Source: a virus. From it: a stretch of DNA of 57,802 bases. Below, piece by piece: positions 1-8,112 of the stretch (the stretch's first letter is position 1; each line of letters begins with the position of its first letter). Location: positions 1 through 57,802 of IMG/VR virus record IMGVR_UViG_3300037483_000699; one strand, given 5' to 3'. The notes beneath the pieces were generated by a model, which did not search any database, was not told where the DNA came from, and worked only from the letters and a program-made list of their open reading frames with translations. Position numbers and translations under genes: made by a program.

Positions 1-127
1 GTGGAAAGAACCCGTTCAAGGAGACGATGACCTTCATCGAGCTTGTCGCCAGCATCGAGACGGCCTGGGAACTGGAGAAGCTCGCCGGCCAGCCCGGTAC
101 TGGAGGCACGCCTACCGTGCCCGGCAA
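1..127. repeat. Exact terminal direct repeat (copy of 57676-57802): assembly overlap of a circular or terminally redundant genome
   Basis: Base-by-base comparison of both window ends gives 127/127 identical. The repeat lies inside an open reading frame. Confidence 0.95.
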
Positions 128-749
128 TTGGCGCTTCACCCAATGGGGCGAGGGCAACAACTACTGGAAATACGGCTTCAGCGGCCAGATCGGCAACTTC
201 ATGGTGCGTTGCGACTGGGCGGAACTGCGGTTCAACTTCGTCCAGGACCTCGGCGCGGGCTTCGCGCCCAACCGGTATCGCTACCAGCTCATTCTGCCGT
301 TTTTGAATGTGCCGACGGGCGGCGCGGGCGGCGCGGCGGGCCTGGGCGATGTGACCAACCCGTGGTATCACATAGCGCGGTTCGCCATCTCGTTCATCAT
401 GCACAAGCGGGCGATGACGGCCCTCGTGATGGACACCACGAGCATCAATCCCGAAATGCCATTCGGCGCCCGGGACTTCGCAGGGAAGTGGCAGTTCGTC
501 ATGGACAACCTGGGCGAAGACGCTACGGGCCATGCCATCGAAAACATGCTCCGCAACAAGGGCATGTTCATCGCCGACTTCAAGCTGGCCATCCGGCCGG
601 AACTGACGGAACTCATGGTCGCCTACTTCCACAAGCGGGAGCCCATGTGCCTGCCTGAGATTCCGACCTGCTCGCCGGATCCTGGATACCCAGAGCAGGA
701 ATACTCCTCGTGCATTACTCCTTGCGAGGAATGCGAAGCCGAGCAATAG
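1..749 (+). CDS. Major capsid protein candidate, C-terminal part (continues 57048-57802 through the circular junction; about 458 aa when joined)
   Basis: The frame of ORF 27-749 is open back to base 1 and matches the frame running off the right end. It sits directly after the scaffold-like gene. No capsid motif was recognised by eye. Confidence 0.5.
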   Translation, partial: GKNPFKETMTFIELVASIETAWELEKLAGQPGTGGTPTVPGNWRFTQWGEGNNYWKYGFSGQIGNFMVRCDWAELRFNFVQDLGAGFAPNRYRYQLILPFLNVPTGGAGGAAGLGDVTNPWYHIARFAISFIMHKRAMTALVMDTTSINPEMPFGARDFAGKWQFVMDNLGEDATGHAIENMLRNKGMFIADFKLAIRPELTELMVAYFHKREPMCLPEIPTCSPDPGYPEQEYSSCITPCEECEAEQ

Positions 750-795
750 GACTGATTACACGGTTGGGGGATTGGCGCTGGGCCGTCCCCCAACC

Positions 796-1305
796 CTAAA
801 CAGATTTCCAAGAACGGCGATTGATGATGCGCTGTGTGACTCCAAACGAGACGTGGAAGTGTTGGTGAAGTCGTTTGTACCCCCAGCCTTCCTCATCATG
901 CAAACGTCGCATCTCAAGAACCTGAGCAGTGGTGAGCTTGCTGCGAGGGTTGGCCTCGCCGCGGTAGAGATGCCCCTTCTCTTTCCAGAATCGCCGCAGA
1001 GTTTCAGCCTGAGGTCCGCAGCGACCTTTTTTGGCCATGTCTCGCGAATTGTCAGCCGCCGTCCCGAGAAAAAGATGGGCAGGATTCACACACGCAGGAA
1101 CATCGCAGTGGTGACAGACCCACATTCCTTCAGGGATGGGTCCGTGTGTCAATTCCCACGCGACACGATGTGCGTAGAGTTGTTGCCGCTCAAAGCCCAA
1201 CATGCCATAGCCAGCCTTCGTTCGGCATCGACGCCAAAGCCAACAACCTGTGGCTTCGCGGCTGCTGTGTTTCCAGAACGCTTCCATGATACTTTGGTGT
1301 TTCAT
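796..1305 (-). CDS. HNH homing endonuclease (HNH_3-like plus C-terminal HTH-like region), free-standing and antisense to the late operon
   Basis: Motifs [34 protein letters not shown]. Paralog of 30613-31095. Lower GC than its flanks by eye. Confidence 0.8.
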   Translation of the reverse strand: MKHQSIMEAFWKHSSREATGCWLWRRCRTKAGYGMLGFERQQLYAHRVAWELTHGPIPEGMWVCHHCDVPACVNPAHLFLGTAADNSRDMAKKGRCGPQAETLRRFWKEKGHLYRGEANPRSKLTTAQVLEMRRLHDEEGWGYKRLHQHFHVSFGVTQRIINRRSWKSV

Positions 1306-1314
1306 TCGGGGAGT

Positions 1315-1343
1315 ATCCTAAACAACTAGCGTCCCAACGTCAA
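1315..1343 (-). promoter_or_regulatory. Candidate sigma70-like promoter for the HNH gene
   Basis: Minus strand reads TTGACG-17 nt-TAGGAT, then 9 nt to ATG at 1305. Confidence 0.45.
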
Positions 1344-1356
1344 CCCTCTTTTGCCT

Positions 1357-1653
1357 ATGCCTGACGAACCACGACCGGACTATTTCGACCAGGACAACAC
1401 CGACGACCAGGAAAGCACGATCCGCGAGGCCGAGACCGGCCCCGAGGAGAAGCCGGACTACCCGCCCGCTGTGGTGCCAAAGTCAACCTTCATGGGAAAG
1501 GACATCGAGGTGGGGACCATCGTGCAGATGCGCGTCCAGGAGATCCACGACGACGAGGTTATCATCGTGTGCGAGCCCGAGGCCGAGACCGAGGCCAAGT
1601 CCGCAGAACCAGCCGAACCCACGGTTGCACCTCCGACCGGAGATTTCGAGTGA
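1357..1653 (+). CDS. Acidic small virion-module protein (98 aa), function unknown
   Basis: ORF track 1351-1653, first ATG at 1357. D/E/P-rich, with GC-rich third codon positions. Confidence 0.6.
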   Translation: MPDEPRPDYFDQDNTDDQESTIREAETGPEEKPDYPPAVVPKSTFMGKDIEVGTIVQMRVQEIHDDEVIIVCEPEAETEAKSAEPAEPTVAPPTGDFE

Positions 1654-1656
1654 CGT

Positions 1657-2007
1657 ATGGCCACGGCCGCCGACGCGCAAACCCTCTTGGGGGTCATCGG
1701 TTGCAACTGGTGCAACATCCCGCTCGGTTTGCTTCCCTACGTCACCCTGGCGGTGGCAATCGACATAGGAACTGATATGCCTGTCCCAACTGAACCGAAC
1801 GAACTGATGGCCCAAGCGGCTTGCCTGTGCAAAATACCAGCCGGCGAGGTCGCCTACGCGCAACTGGCAATCCTCATTGATGTTGTCAACGGCGATCCAG
1901 TGCCATCCGACCCGAACGAGATTCTGGCCGAAGCGACTTGTCTCCATTGCATTTCTGCGGGACTGCTTCCATACGTCACCTTGGAGGTCATGCGGAATTT
2001 GTCGTAG
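1657..2007 (+). CDS. Protein made of three ~38-aa CxxC repeats, function unknown
   Basis: Repeated unit C(x1-2)C.IP.G..(P)Y..LA..ID...G..VP.(E/D)PNE. The DNA motif CTTCC(C/A)TACGTCACC recurs at ~1734 and ~1965. Confidence 0.65.
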   Translation: MATAADAQTLLGVIGCNWCNIPLGLLPYVTLAVAIDIGTDMPVPTEPNELMAQAACLCKIPAGEVAYAQLAILIDVVNGDPVPSDPNEILAEATCLHCISAGLLPYVTLEVMRNLS

Positions 2008-2060
2008 CGATCTCTGGCAACCATCGAACACGAAGGTGCAGAACCGTGAAAGGCGGTTAC

Positions 2061-2339
2061 ATGATAGACACTTGGCGATCCTGGTTGGTGCAGGGAGTAA
2101 GCGCATCATACCTGCTTGCGACCATCTGGACCGTCGTGGATGACATCATCAAGGCCCTCTTGGGCCTCGCGATGCTCGTGCTGGTCATCTTCCAAATCCG
2201 GCGCTTCGCCCGCCGCGAGCGACGCTTCAAGCAACTTGAGAAACTCGTCGCCGAGGCGGCAGCCCGGTGCCCGGCCGGGTCCTCCTGTCCGCTGAAGACT
2301 GAGCTGGAACTCTTGAACGGCGACTCGAAAGACGAGTAG
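2061..2339 (+). CDS. Holin-like small membrane protein (two predicted TM segments, charged C-terminus)
   Basis: ATG 2061 within ORF 1938-2339, preceded by GAAAGG. Hydrophobic stretches SASYLLATIWTVV and ALLGLAMLVLVIF. Confidence 0.5.
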   Translation: MIDTWRSWLVQGVSASYLLATIWTVVDDIIKALLGLAMLVLVIFQIRRFARRERRFKQLEKLVAEAAARCPAGSSCPLKTELELLNGDSKDE

Positions 2340-2383
2340 CTGACCATTTTCTCTCGCCACACATCAACCGAAACACACACACC

Positions 2384-2833
2384 ATGAAAACCATCACCCG
2401 CCGCGCTTCACTCGCGGCTGTCCTCGCAATCGCGCTCACACCCGTTGGCTGCGCGCTCCTGACTCCTGACGCCACCGAAGCCGCCAAAGCAGCCGACGTG
2501 CAGCGGCTCGCCTACGCGGCTTCCGCCGTGGGCACCGCCGCCGCCCTCGACGCCAAGCCGGAATACCGGCCAGCCTTCGTGCTGGCTCTCGCCAGCCTGG
2601 ACAAGCTCGTGGAGGCCCGCACAATCAGCGGCGTCCAGTTGAGGGACATCCTCCTGACGCTGCCCATCAAAGAGCTGGGAAGCCGAACGGCGCTCATTGC
2701 GATTGACGCTGGAGCGACCTTGTTCGATGTGATTACCGGGAAACCGATTGACCTTGAACAGACGCCCTACGCGCTCGCGGCGGCGACCGGGATCCGCGAC
2801 GGGCTTCGGACGGGACTTGGGTCAGGTAAGTGA
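2384..2833 (+). CDS. Putative secreted lipoprotein (Tat-like RR signal, lipobox-like PVGC)
   Basis: N-terminus MKTITRRASLAAVLAIALTPVGC. It is the last gene before the terminator. Confidence 0.6.
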   Translation: MKTITRRASLAAVLAIALTPVGCALLTPDATEAAKAADVQRLAYAASAVGTAAALDAKPEYRPAFVLALASLDKLVEARTISGVQLRDILLTLPIKELGSRTALIAIDAGATLFDVITGKPIDLEQTPYALAAATGIRDGLRTGLGSGK

Positions 2834-2854
2834 AGGTGGTTCACGGGTGGTCGG

Positions 2855-2888
2855 GTCCCGGTAGAGTTGCGGCTCTGCCGGGACTTTT
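2855..2888 (+). terminator. Rho-independent terminator ending the rightward late operon
   Basis: 12-bp stem GTCCCGGTAGAG/CTCTGCCGGGAC (one G:U pair), loop TTGCGG, followed by TTTT. Pairing checked base by base. Confidence 0.8.
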
Positions 2889-3160
2889 CACGTACAGGGG
2901 GCGCGAGGCGTGTCTGCTGTTGTGCGTCCAGGAAAGGTACTGGACCTGGAGCCCGCCTCGCGCTTGGCTCCAGAACCTTCCGCGCGGAGACTTTGCCGGC
3001 CGCGCGGCCTCGACAACAGACTGCGAGGATATGACCAGCAGGCGGCACGATGCCCCGCCTTGGCGAAAGCAGGAAGCCAACGGTCCGCGTTTTCCATCGC
3101 CCGTAAGCCATAGTCGATGGAGGACACACGCCCCGCGGCTGTCAGTGGCTTCCAAATCGT

Positions 3161-3346
3161 TCACTTCTCGCCTTTCTCGTCGGCGTGGCGGTGGACCCAG
3201 CATCGTCCGCTGGGATGGTACGTGGTATTGCGGCATCGGCGGTGGGATAGAACCGCACGATGTCCGGGCCAAGGAATGTCCCAGCAGTAGGAGCACCGCA
3301 CGGGTTCCTTGCGCTTCGGCGGGCACGGCTTGAGTTCGGGGGTCAT
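3161..3346 (-). CDS. Cys/His-rich small protein (61 aa), last gene of the leftward early operon
   Basis: ATG 3346 lies 2 nt after the upstream stop (TAG-CC-ATG). Starts MTPE like its neighbours. Confidence 0.55.
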   Translation of the reverse strand: MTPELKPCPPKRKEPVRCSYCWDIPWPGHRAVLSHRRCRNTTYHPSGRCWVHRHADEKGEK

Positions 3347-3348
3347 GG

Positions 3349-3630
3349 CTAGACGAATTGAGTGTCGCCCTCTGTCCATGCGGCAGAGTCTTGGTTGAAC
3401 GTGTTGCGTGCATCTACTACGGCAGCCTTGAGTCTCGAAAGGTCGTCATCCTCGCAAGTGACGACCCATGCCGCGTTCTGCCAGCGTTCCCAGTTCGCGG
3501 GAGCGCCGAAGAAATGGACGACTCCGCAGTGTTGTAGGATTTGGTTGCGCATCATTAGCACGAATGCAGCCCACTCCGTCTGAGTCAGCTTGTCATCCGT
3601 GTTGCTGATTTGGATTGTTACGGTTTTCAT
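3349..3630 (-). CDS. Hypothetical early protein (93 aa)
   Basis: The ATG at 3630 overlaps the stop of 3627-3800 (ATGA). Internal start of ORF 3349-3702. Confidence 0.65.
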   Translation of the reverse strand: MKTVTIQISNTDDKLTQTEWAAFVLMMRNQILQHCGVVHFFGAPANWERWQNAAWVVTCEDDDLSRLKAAVVDARNTFNQDSAAWTEGDTQFV

Positions 3631-3800
3631 GGCTTCTCTTTCCTGCACTTCTTGCACGTGGCCTTGTCCAGGACCAGCCAGTACGGCGGCTTGATCACCC
3701 AACCGCAGCGAGTAATCATGCCGCGGCTCTTGATGTGGACCGGGCCAAACGCAGTGCCGTCTTTACGGCATCGCTGGACGGTGTAGCGGGAGGGGGTCAT
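3627..3800 (-). CDS. Small zinc-ribbon-like protein (57 aa, below the ORF-track cutoff); paralog of 4232-4411
   Basis: Hand translation: MTPSRYTVQRCRKDGTAFGPVH...ATCKKCRKEKP. ATGA overlaps at both ends. Confidence 0.6.
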   Translation of the reverse strand: MTPSRYTVQRCRKDGTAFGPVHIKSRGMITRCGWVIKPPYWLVLDKATCKKCRKEKP

Positions 3801-4024
3801 GGTTCGTTCTCCTTTTCAAGCTGTTCAACACACGCCTCTTTTATATCGGTGTAGCCCTCTGGCACACGATGCCAGTTCGCTGCGGTCGCGCATTGTACCT
3901 CCCCGCACATCGAGCAGTATCTGGCGACCACCACCTCATCGCGCCCTGGTCTCCCGCTCAAGACGGTATGTGGATATGCCCACCAGTGCGTGCATTTTGA
4001 TTTCTTTTCAGTTTCGGGTGTCAT
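3797..4024 (-). CDS. Cys-rich small early protein (75 aa)
   Basis: ORF track. GAGGA lies 6 nt upstream of the ATG. Ends in ...KENEP. Confidence 0.65.
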   Translation of the reverse strand: MTPETEKKSKCTHWWAYPHTVLSGRPGRDEVVVARYCSMCGEVQCATAANWHRVPEGYTDIKEACVEQLEKENEP

Positions 4025-4034
4025 GGTTTGATCC

Positions 4035-4235
4035 TCAGCGATCTACGCCCTTCAGTTTGGACTTGAACTTCGAGCCGAGCACCCAATGAAGCACCTGGAG
4101 TTTCGTTTCGGCGGCGATTTGCTCCAAGGCTCGCGGGGCATTGACGGCGATGGTTGCCAGTCTGCCGGTCAGGACGTGCTTGTAGCTGTCCTCGATCTCT
4201 TTGATTTTCGATCTGATTTCTTGTTGTGTTTTCAT
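4035..4235 (-). CDS. Hypothetical early protein (66 aa)
   Basis: The ATG at 4235 overlaps the upstream stop (ATGA). The junction sequence is shared with 3630. Confidence 0.6.
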   Translation of the reverse strand: MKTQQEIRSKIKEIEDSYKHVLTGRLATIAVNAPRALEQIAAETKLQVLHWVLGSKFKSKLKGVDR

Positions 4236-4411
4236 ACCTTCCTGCACTTCTTGCACGTCGCCTTGCCCGTGCCGTCGTTGGTGAGCGTGATCCAGCCGCG
4301 CACCGTTTTCACACCACATCGAGCGCGGCATTGACTGTCGCTGTAGTGAATCGGCCCGAATCGCGTGCCGTCGGGTCGCTCGCGCTGGACGGTGTAGCGG
4401 GCGGGGGTCAT
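4232..4411 (-). CDS. Small zinc-ribbon-like protein (59 aa); paralog of 3627-3800
   Basis: Sequence MTPARYTVQRERPDGTRFGPIH...ATCKKCRKV. ATGA overlap with 4408-5091. Confidence 0.6.
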   Translation of the reverse strand: MTPARYTVQRERPDGTRFGPIHYSDSQCRARCGVKTVRGWITLTNDGTGKATCKKCRKV

Positions 4412-5091
4412 GGCTTGATCCTCCTGAACGTGATGGCCCACACGTAGGGATTCACGGCCCAGCCGAATCCACGCTTGGAGTTGAGTGAGTCCCAAAAAGC
4501 GGCGAAGTCGGAGCGCGCTGGAGTCAGCGTTTGCACACTCAGATGAGAAGGGAAGCCCTCAGCATTGGCATCCTCCTCCGTGATCTCCACTAATCTCTGA
4601 ACGAGCACCTTGACCACCTCCAGCGTGATGCGGGATGCCCAGCGCGGCATGTGGATGGATGGCACCCATGGGCTTGCCTCGGTTCCATCTTTTCGGTATT
4701 CAGTCCCACCATTACCAGAGTCTTTGATAATGTGCTCTGTCTCTGTGGCTTGGTAGAGACATACTTGTTTGCATTCGGGAGAATACAGGTATTCACCATC
4801 GTCCATCGCGCAGCACCACGTCTCGCGCACCCATAGTTGAGTGCCTGCGGTGCCCCAGGGGCACTTGAATACGGGAGCGCCACGCGACGCTGTGCAGAGA
4901 CTCTTGCTGTCCTTGAGCCTGAAGGACCACACGGCGGGGGTGATCTCAACAGGTTCGTATGCGCCGTGATCCCAGAACGCTCCATGTGGGTAGATAGTTC
5001 GGCTCTCAACAATTCTCCTCGTCTGCGTCTTTCTCCCGTCCTGAATGGCCGGGATTAGGGGAGCAGAAAACAGGATCGGCTTCTCGCTCAT
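4408..5091 (-). CDS. ASCH/PUA-like domain protein (227 aa)
   Basis: N-terminus KPILFSAPLIPAIQDGRKTQTRR and C-terminal ITEEDANAEGF pattern, both typical of phage ASCH-like proteins. ATGA start. Confidence 0.5.
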   Translation of the reverse strand: MSEKPILFSAPLIPAIQDGRKTQTRRIVESRTIYPHGAFWDHGAYEPVEITPAVWSFRLKDSKSLCTASRGAPVFKCPWGTAGTQLWVRETWCCAMDDGEYLYSPECKQVCLYQATETEHIIKDSGNGGTEYRKDGTEASPWVPSIHMPRWASRITLEVVKVLVQRLVEITEEDANAEGFPSHLSVQTLTPARSDFAAFWDSLNSKRGFGWAVNPYVWAITFRRIKP

Positions 5092-5411
5092 TCCTCCTCC
5101 CACAGGTTGAGGGTGCGGATGAGTGATTCGCAGCGTTGAAGGGCGGTGGCCACCATTGCAGGGTAGGCAAAGCGTAAGCCGGGCGTGCAAACCTCCTCTA
5201 AAATCAATCCATGTGCATTCTTTTGAGAATTGGTGAGCTTCATTTCCAACTCATGCACCGCGTTCAGGTCGGAAGGAAAGTCGGGCAAGTCTTTGCCAAC
5301 CCCACCCGGACTGATTCCGGTTTTGGCGTAGTCATCCATCGTAGGATCGTTGCTTATAGAAGTCCACCCCGCCCACTCCGCGAGGACAACCCGCATTCGT
5401 TCGGGTGTCAT
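5088..5411 (-). CDS. Phage ABA-sandwich-like domain protein, tandem paralog 1
   Basis: MTPERMRVVLAEWAGW ... LPDFPSDLNAVHELEMKL. Homologous to 5417-5752. Confidence 0.55.
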   Translation of the reverse strand: MTPERMRVVLAEWAGWTSISNDPTMDDYAKTGISPGGVGKDLPDFPSDLNAVHELEMKLTNSQKNAHGLILEEVCTPGLRFAYPAMVATALQRCESLIRTLNLWEEE

Positions 5412-5416
5412 ACGTC

Positions 5417-5752
5417 CTACCACAGGTTGAGGGTGCGGAGAAGGGCTTCGCACCACTCGATTCGCGTTGAGGTGACGATTCGCTCAGGGAACCAGACGCT
5501 ACTTCGATGTCTGGTCACATTGTTAATCTCGCCCAGAAAGCAGCACCGTCGAACCCGATCCAGCTTGTCGACCAACTCGTGAATGGCGTCCCACGAGTTG
5601 GGGTAGTCGGGGAGTGGCCGTGATGTTTTATCGCACCCAGCCGGAATCTGTGGGCGAAATCCAGCCGGTTGTTTGGGATTGCCATTCCAACATCCTATTG
5701 ATGTCCACCCATCCCACTCCGCGAGGACAATCCGCATTCGTTCAGGGGTCAT
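5417..5752 (-). CDS. Phage ABA-sandwich-like domain protein, tandem paralog 2
   Basis: MTPERMRIVLAEWDGW ... LPDYPNSWDAIHELVDKL ... LLRTLNLW. Confidence 0.55.
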   Translation of the reverse strand: MTPERMRIVLAEWDGWTSIGCWNGNPKQPAGFRPQIPAGCDKTSRPLPDYPNSWDAIHELVDKLDRVRRCCFLGEINNVTRHRSSVWFPERIVTSTRIEWCEALLRTLNLW

Positions 5753-5946
5753 GGTTCGTTATCCTTTAACGTGCGCAGCAGTTGCTCCATTTTGATGTTG
5801 TGGAAGATGAGCGCTGACCGCAGACCTTGGTGGAAATTCATTCCGTGGGTGTCTTTCCGTTCCTCACACCACTTTATCCAGCGGTCGCAGCTTTCGAGTA
5901 CTTGCGCGTAATCTTGGCGATACAGGGTTTCAAATTCAGGGGTCAT
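5749..5946 (-). CDS. Hypothetical early protein (65 aa)
   Basis: ATGA overlap start at 5946. Ends in ...KDNEP. Confidence 0.6.
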   Translation of the reverse strand: MTPEFETLYRQDYAQVLESCDRWIKWCEERKDTHGMNFHQGLRSALIFHNIKMEQLLRTLKDNEP

Positions 5947-6251
5947 GGCTCGTTCTCCTTCTCGCTGTGAGCACGGCGTAACGCGCGTTCCCAAGTCAGG
6001 CACTCGCCCAATATCAGGTCCCGCGCTTCGTCAATCTCAACCGCTCTGTCCTCACTTCGCGTGCCGCGAGACATGCTATGCACCAGCTCGGCAGCGTGTC
6101 GCAGCGCCTCCGCTTGAATGTCCACAATGTCCCGCGCAAGGAGGAACGTCTCGCGCCCGTTCTTGCATCGGTCGCAGATGCACGCCGGGCTCTGGTCGCA
6201 TCCCGTTCGGTCGTTGGCAATATCGCGTATCCACTCGGTTGGTGTTTTCAT
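5943..6251 (-). CDS. Hypothetical early protein (102 aa, Cys-containing)
   Basis: ATGA overlap start at 6251. Ends in ...KENEP. Confidence 0.6.
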   Translation of the reverse strand: MKTPTEWIRDIANDRTGCDQSPACICDRCKNGRETFLLARDIVDIQAEALRHAAELVHSMSRGTRSEDRAVEIDEARDLILGECLTWERALRRAHSEKENEP

Positions 6252-6751
6252 TCCTCGTTCTCCTTCCACTCAGCCCTGATTGGCTTGCCGCACCCAGGGC
6301 AGTGGCGATAATGCTGGGCCTCGGGCTGGTCATCGGTGAGGAAGCAGTAGCCCTCGCCGCAGCCTGTTTGATAGTGGCACGAGTCGTCGCACCACCTCCA
6401 TACGCACGGCTCAGGGTTGACCAACCGCTCGATCACGGGGATGAGCGCGTCGGCCTCGCGGGCGAGGTCGGTCAGGCGCTCCCGGCTGAATACCTCGTGT
6501 CCTCCGACGACCATGTAACCGGACGACGAGTAGCGTTGTGAGGACTCAGCCCGCAACCGCTCCAGGAGCCGGCGCAGGGCGGCGAGGTCGTTGGGGGTTG
6601 GTGCGGAATGTTTCTCAAGCGACGTGATGTAGGCTCGCACCTTTGCGTTTACATCATCCGCAACGGATTGCTCAGTTGCGATGTAGAGACAGCCAAGAGC
6701 TTGGTAGCACTCGGCCTTCAGCGCGGCGAGGTCGCTGGGGGTGGGGGTCAT
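6248..6751 (-). CDS. Hypothetical early protein (167 aa) with a C-terminal Cys cluster
   Basis: Start 6751 (TAA-CC-ATG). Internal duplicated PTP(S/N)DLAAL segments. C-terminus has CPGCG. Confidence 0.6.
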   Translation of the reverse strand: MTPTPSDLAALKAECYQALGCLYIATEQSVADDVNAKVRAYITSLEKHSAPTPNDLAALRRLLERLRAESSQRYSSSGYMVVGGHEVFSRERLTDLAREADALIPVIERLVNPEPCVWRWCDDSCHYQTGCGEGYCFLTDDQPEAQHYRHCPGCGKPIRAEWKENEE

Positions 6752-6753
6752 GG

Positions 6754-6975
6754 TTATAGTTTGGGGTGGATTCCCTTTTTCCATTCAGTGTTAAAAGCAG
6801 GGTCCTTGTATGGGTAGCAGCCGAACACTCCGCGATAGATGACGCCCGCTGCAATGGATTCTACCAACCCCCCATGATAGCCGAGTTCGACGCAAATCCG
6901 CCGAATCAATAACGCCACATCTTGGTTCTCCAGTTCAGGCGTGCGGCGCATCGCGGCCTTGTCGGGGGTGGTCAT
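6754..6975 (-). CDS. Hypothetical early protein (73 aa)
   Basis: ORF track, ATGA overlap start. Confidence 0.6.
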   Translation of the reverse strand: MTTPDKAAMRRTPELENQDVALLIRRICVELGYHGGLVESIAAGVIYRGVFGCYPYKDPAFNTEWKKGIHPKL

Positions 6976-7559
6976 GGTTTCCTCCTCTTGCTTCCGTAGC
7001 GGCGGCTCAGTGTTCGTTGGTAGTCCTTAGCCGCCGCGTTGCCTGTCTTGCAGCCGATCTTATGTCCCGGCGGCATAGAGCGACACTCAGGGCACCGTGG
7101 CGACTTCCCGTAGCGGCGGCGGGCCTCGGCGCGGCATCTCTTCAGCCACCATTCCGGCGCGGTTGAACCGCCCAACCACATGGTCTGTCTGAACCACCTC
7201 GCACCCGCCTCGAATGCGGCAGCCATCGCGAGGGGCGACTTGCCCCACCGTTTCCCGGCTGCGAATCCAGCCTCGAATGTGCGGGCATCTTTCGCGGTTC
7301 CAGCTTGCGCCGGCTCAACTAGCCCGCTCCAGCGAATAAGCCAGTAGGCGAAGGCGTAGATGCCGGGCACGTATCGCTTATCTCCAATTCGCTTCGGGAG
7401 CGTGGCCTTGTGCGTGGCCCACTCGGACATGATTCTGTCGAGGCAATCAGCGTAGCTCGGGCTCATGCAGGCCACCGCAATGCGGGTTCCTCGAATGCGC
7501 CTGACTCTGGTGCCGGGTCCCATGTCGAATGCGCGGGCCGCTCGTTGTTTTGGGGTCAT
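6972..7559 (-). CDS. Hypothetical early protein (195 aa, basic C-terminus with CPEC)
   Basis: The ATG at 7559 overlaps the upstream stop. Internal start of ORF 6972-7694. Confidence 0.6.
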   Translation of the reverse strand: MTPKQRAARAFDMGPGTRVRRIRGTRIAVACMSPSYADCLDRIMSEWATHKATLPKRIGDKRYVPGIYAFAYWLIRWSGLVEPAQAGTAKDARTFEAGFAAGKRWGKSPLAMAAAFEAGARWFRQTMWLGGSTAPEWWLKRCRAEARRRYGKSPRCPECRSMPPGHKIGCKTGNAAAKDYQRTLSRRYGSKRRKP

Positions 7560-7741
7560 GGTTCCTCCCTCATCCACTCGTCGATCATGGCTAGGATGCG
7601 CTGCCAGTTTGCATCCGCCCTCTTGCGACGCCACAGTGGAGGGCGCAACGTGCCATCTGTGTCGATGTCCCGCCCGTGGTTCCAGATCGTCCACACGATC
7701 TTCTCAGCGCGGCGTAGGTGCTTGCGTTCGGTGGAGGTCAT
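7556..7741 (-). CDS. Hypothetical early protein (61 aa)
   Basis: ORF track. Junction reads TGA-C-ATG. Confidence 0.55.
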   Translation of the reverse strand: MTSTERKHLRRAEKIVWTIWNHGRDIDTDGTLRPPLWRRKRADANWQRILAMIDEWMREEP

Positions 7742-7742
7742 G

Positions 7743-7922
7743 TCACTCCATTCTGTCGATGATCCGCGCCAGCGTCGCCGCCTTGTTCTTAATCGAGCCC
7801 AGTGTTGACGCTGGGTACAAGAGGATCAGCCGGCAAATCCGGTTGATCGACCACACCGCCGTCGCGTAGTCGTCGGGCGGCATCATGCGGAAGCGATGGG
7901 AGGATTTATGTTTTGATTTCAT
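7743..7922 (-). CDS. Hypothetical early protein (59 aa; alternative start at 7937)
   Basis: Internal ATGs of ORF 7743-8024. Overlaps the 3' end of 7906-8112. Confidence 0.45.
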   Translation of the reverse strand: MKSKHKSSHRFRMMPPDDYATAVWSINRICRLILLYPASTLGSIKNKAATLARIIDRME

Positions 7923-8112
7923 GGATTCTCGCTTCATCCCTCCCGTCCTCGTTGGTTCGCTCTCGCCGGCACGTCTCGCACACCTCGTCGTCGTCGAGTT
8001 GTTCCGACGGTAATGTGAGCCCACAAACCATGCACGGGAGCTTCGCCGGCCCGTCGAGGTAGCGGGCGAGGTCGCGGTCCGTCACTCCGGGGGGCAGGTT
8101 GGGGTCGCTCAT
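7906..8112 (-). CDS. Small CxxC...CxxC protein (68 aa)
   Basis: ORF track, ATGA overlap start. Motifs CMVC ... CETC. Confidence 0.6.
   Translation of the reverse strand: MSDPNLPPGVTDRDLARYLDGPAKLPCMVCGLTLPSEQLDDDEVCETCRRERTNEDGRDEARIHEIKT

Noticed and set aside
2830-3413. ORFs 2830-3333 (+) and 2841-3413 (-) in the convergent spacer
   Set aside because: The translations are junk-like. The region lies after a strong terminator and after the last plausible minus-strand gene, so I treat 2889-3160 as non-coding.
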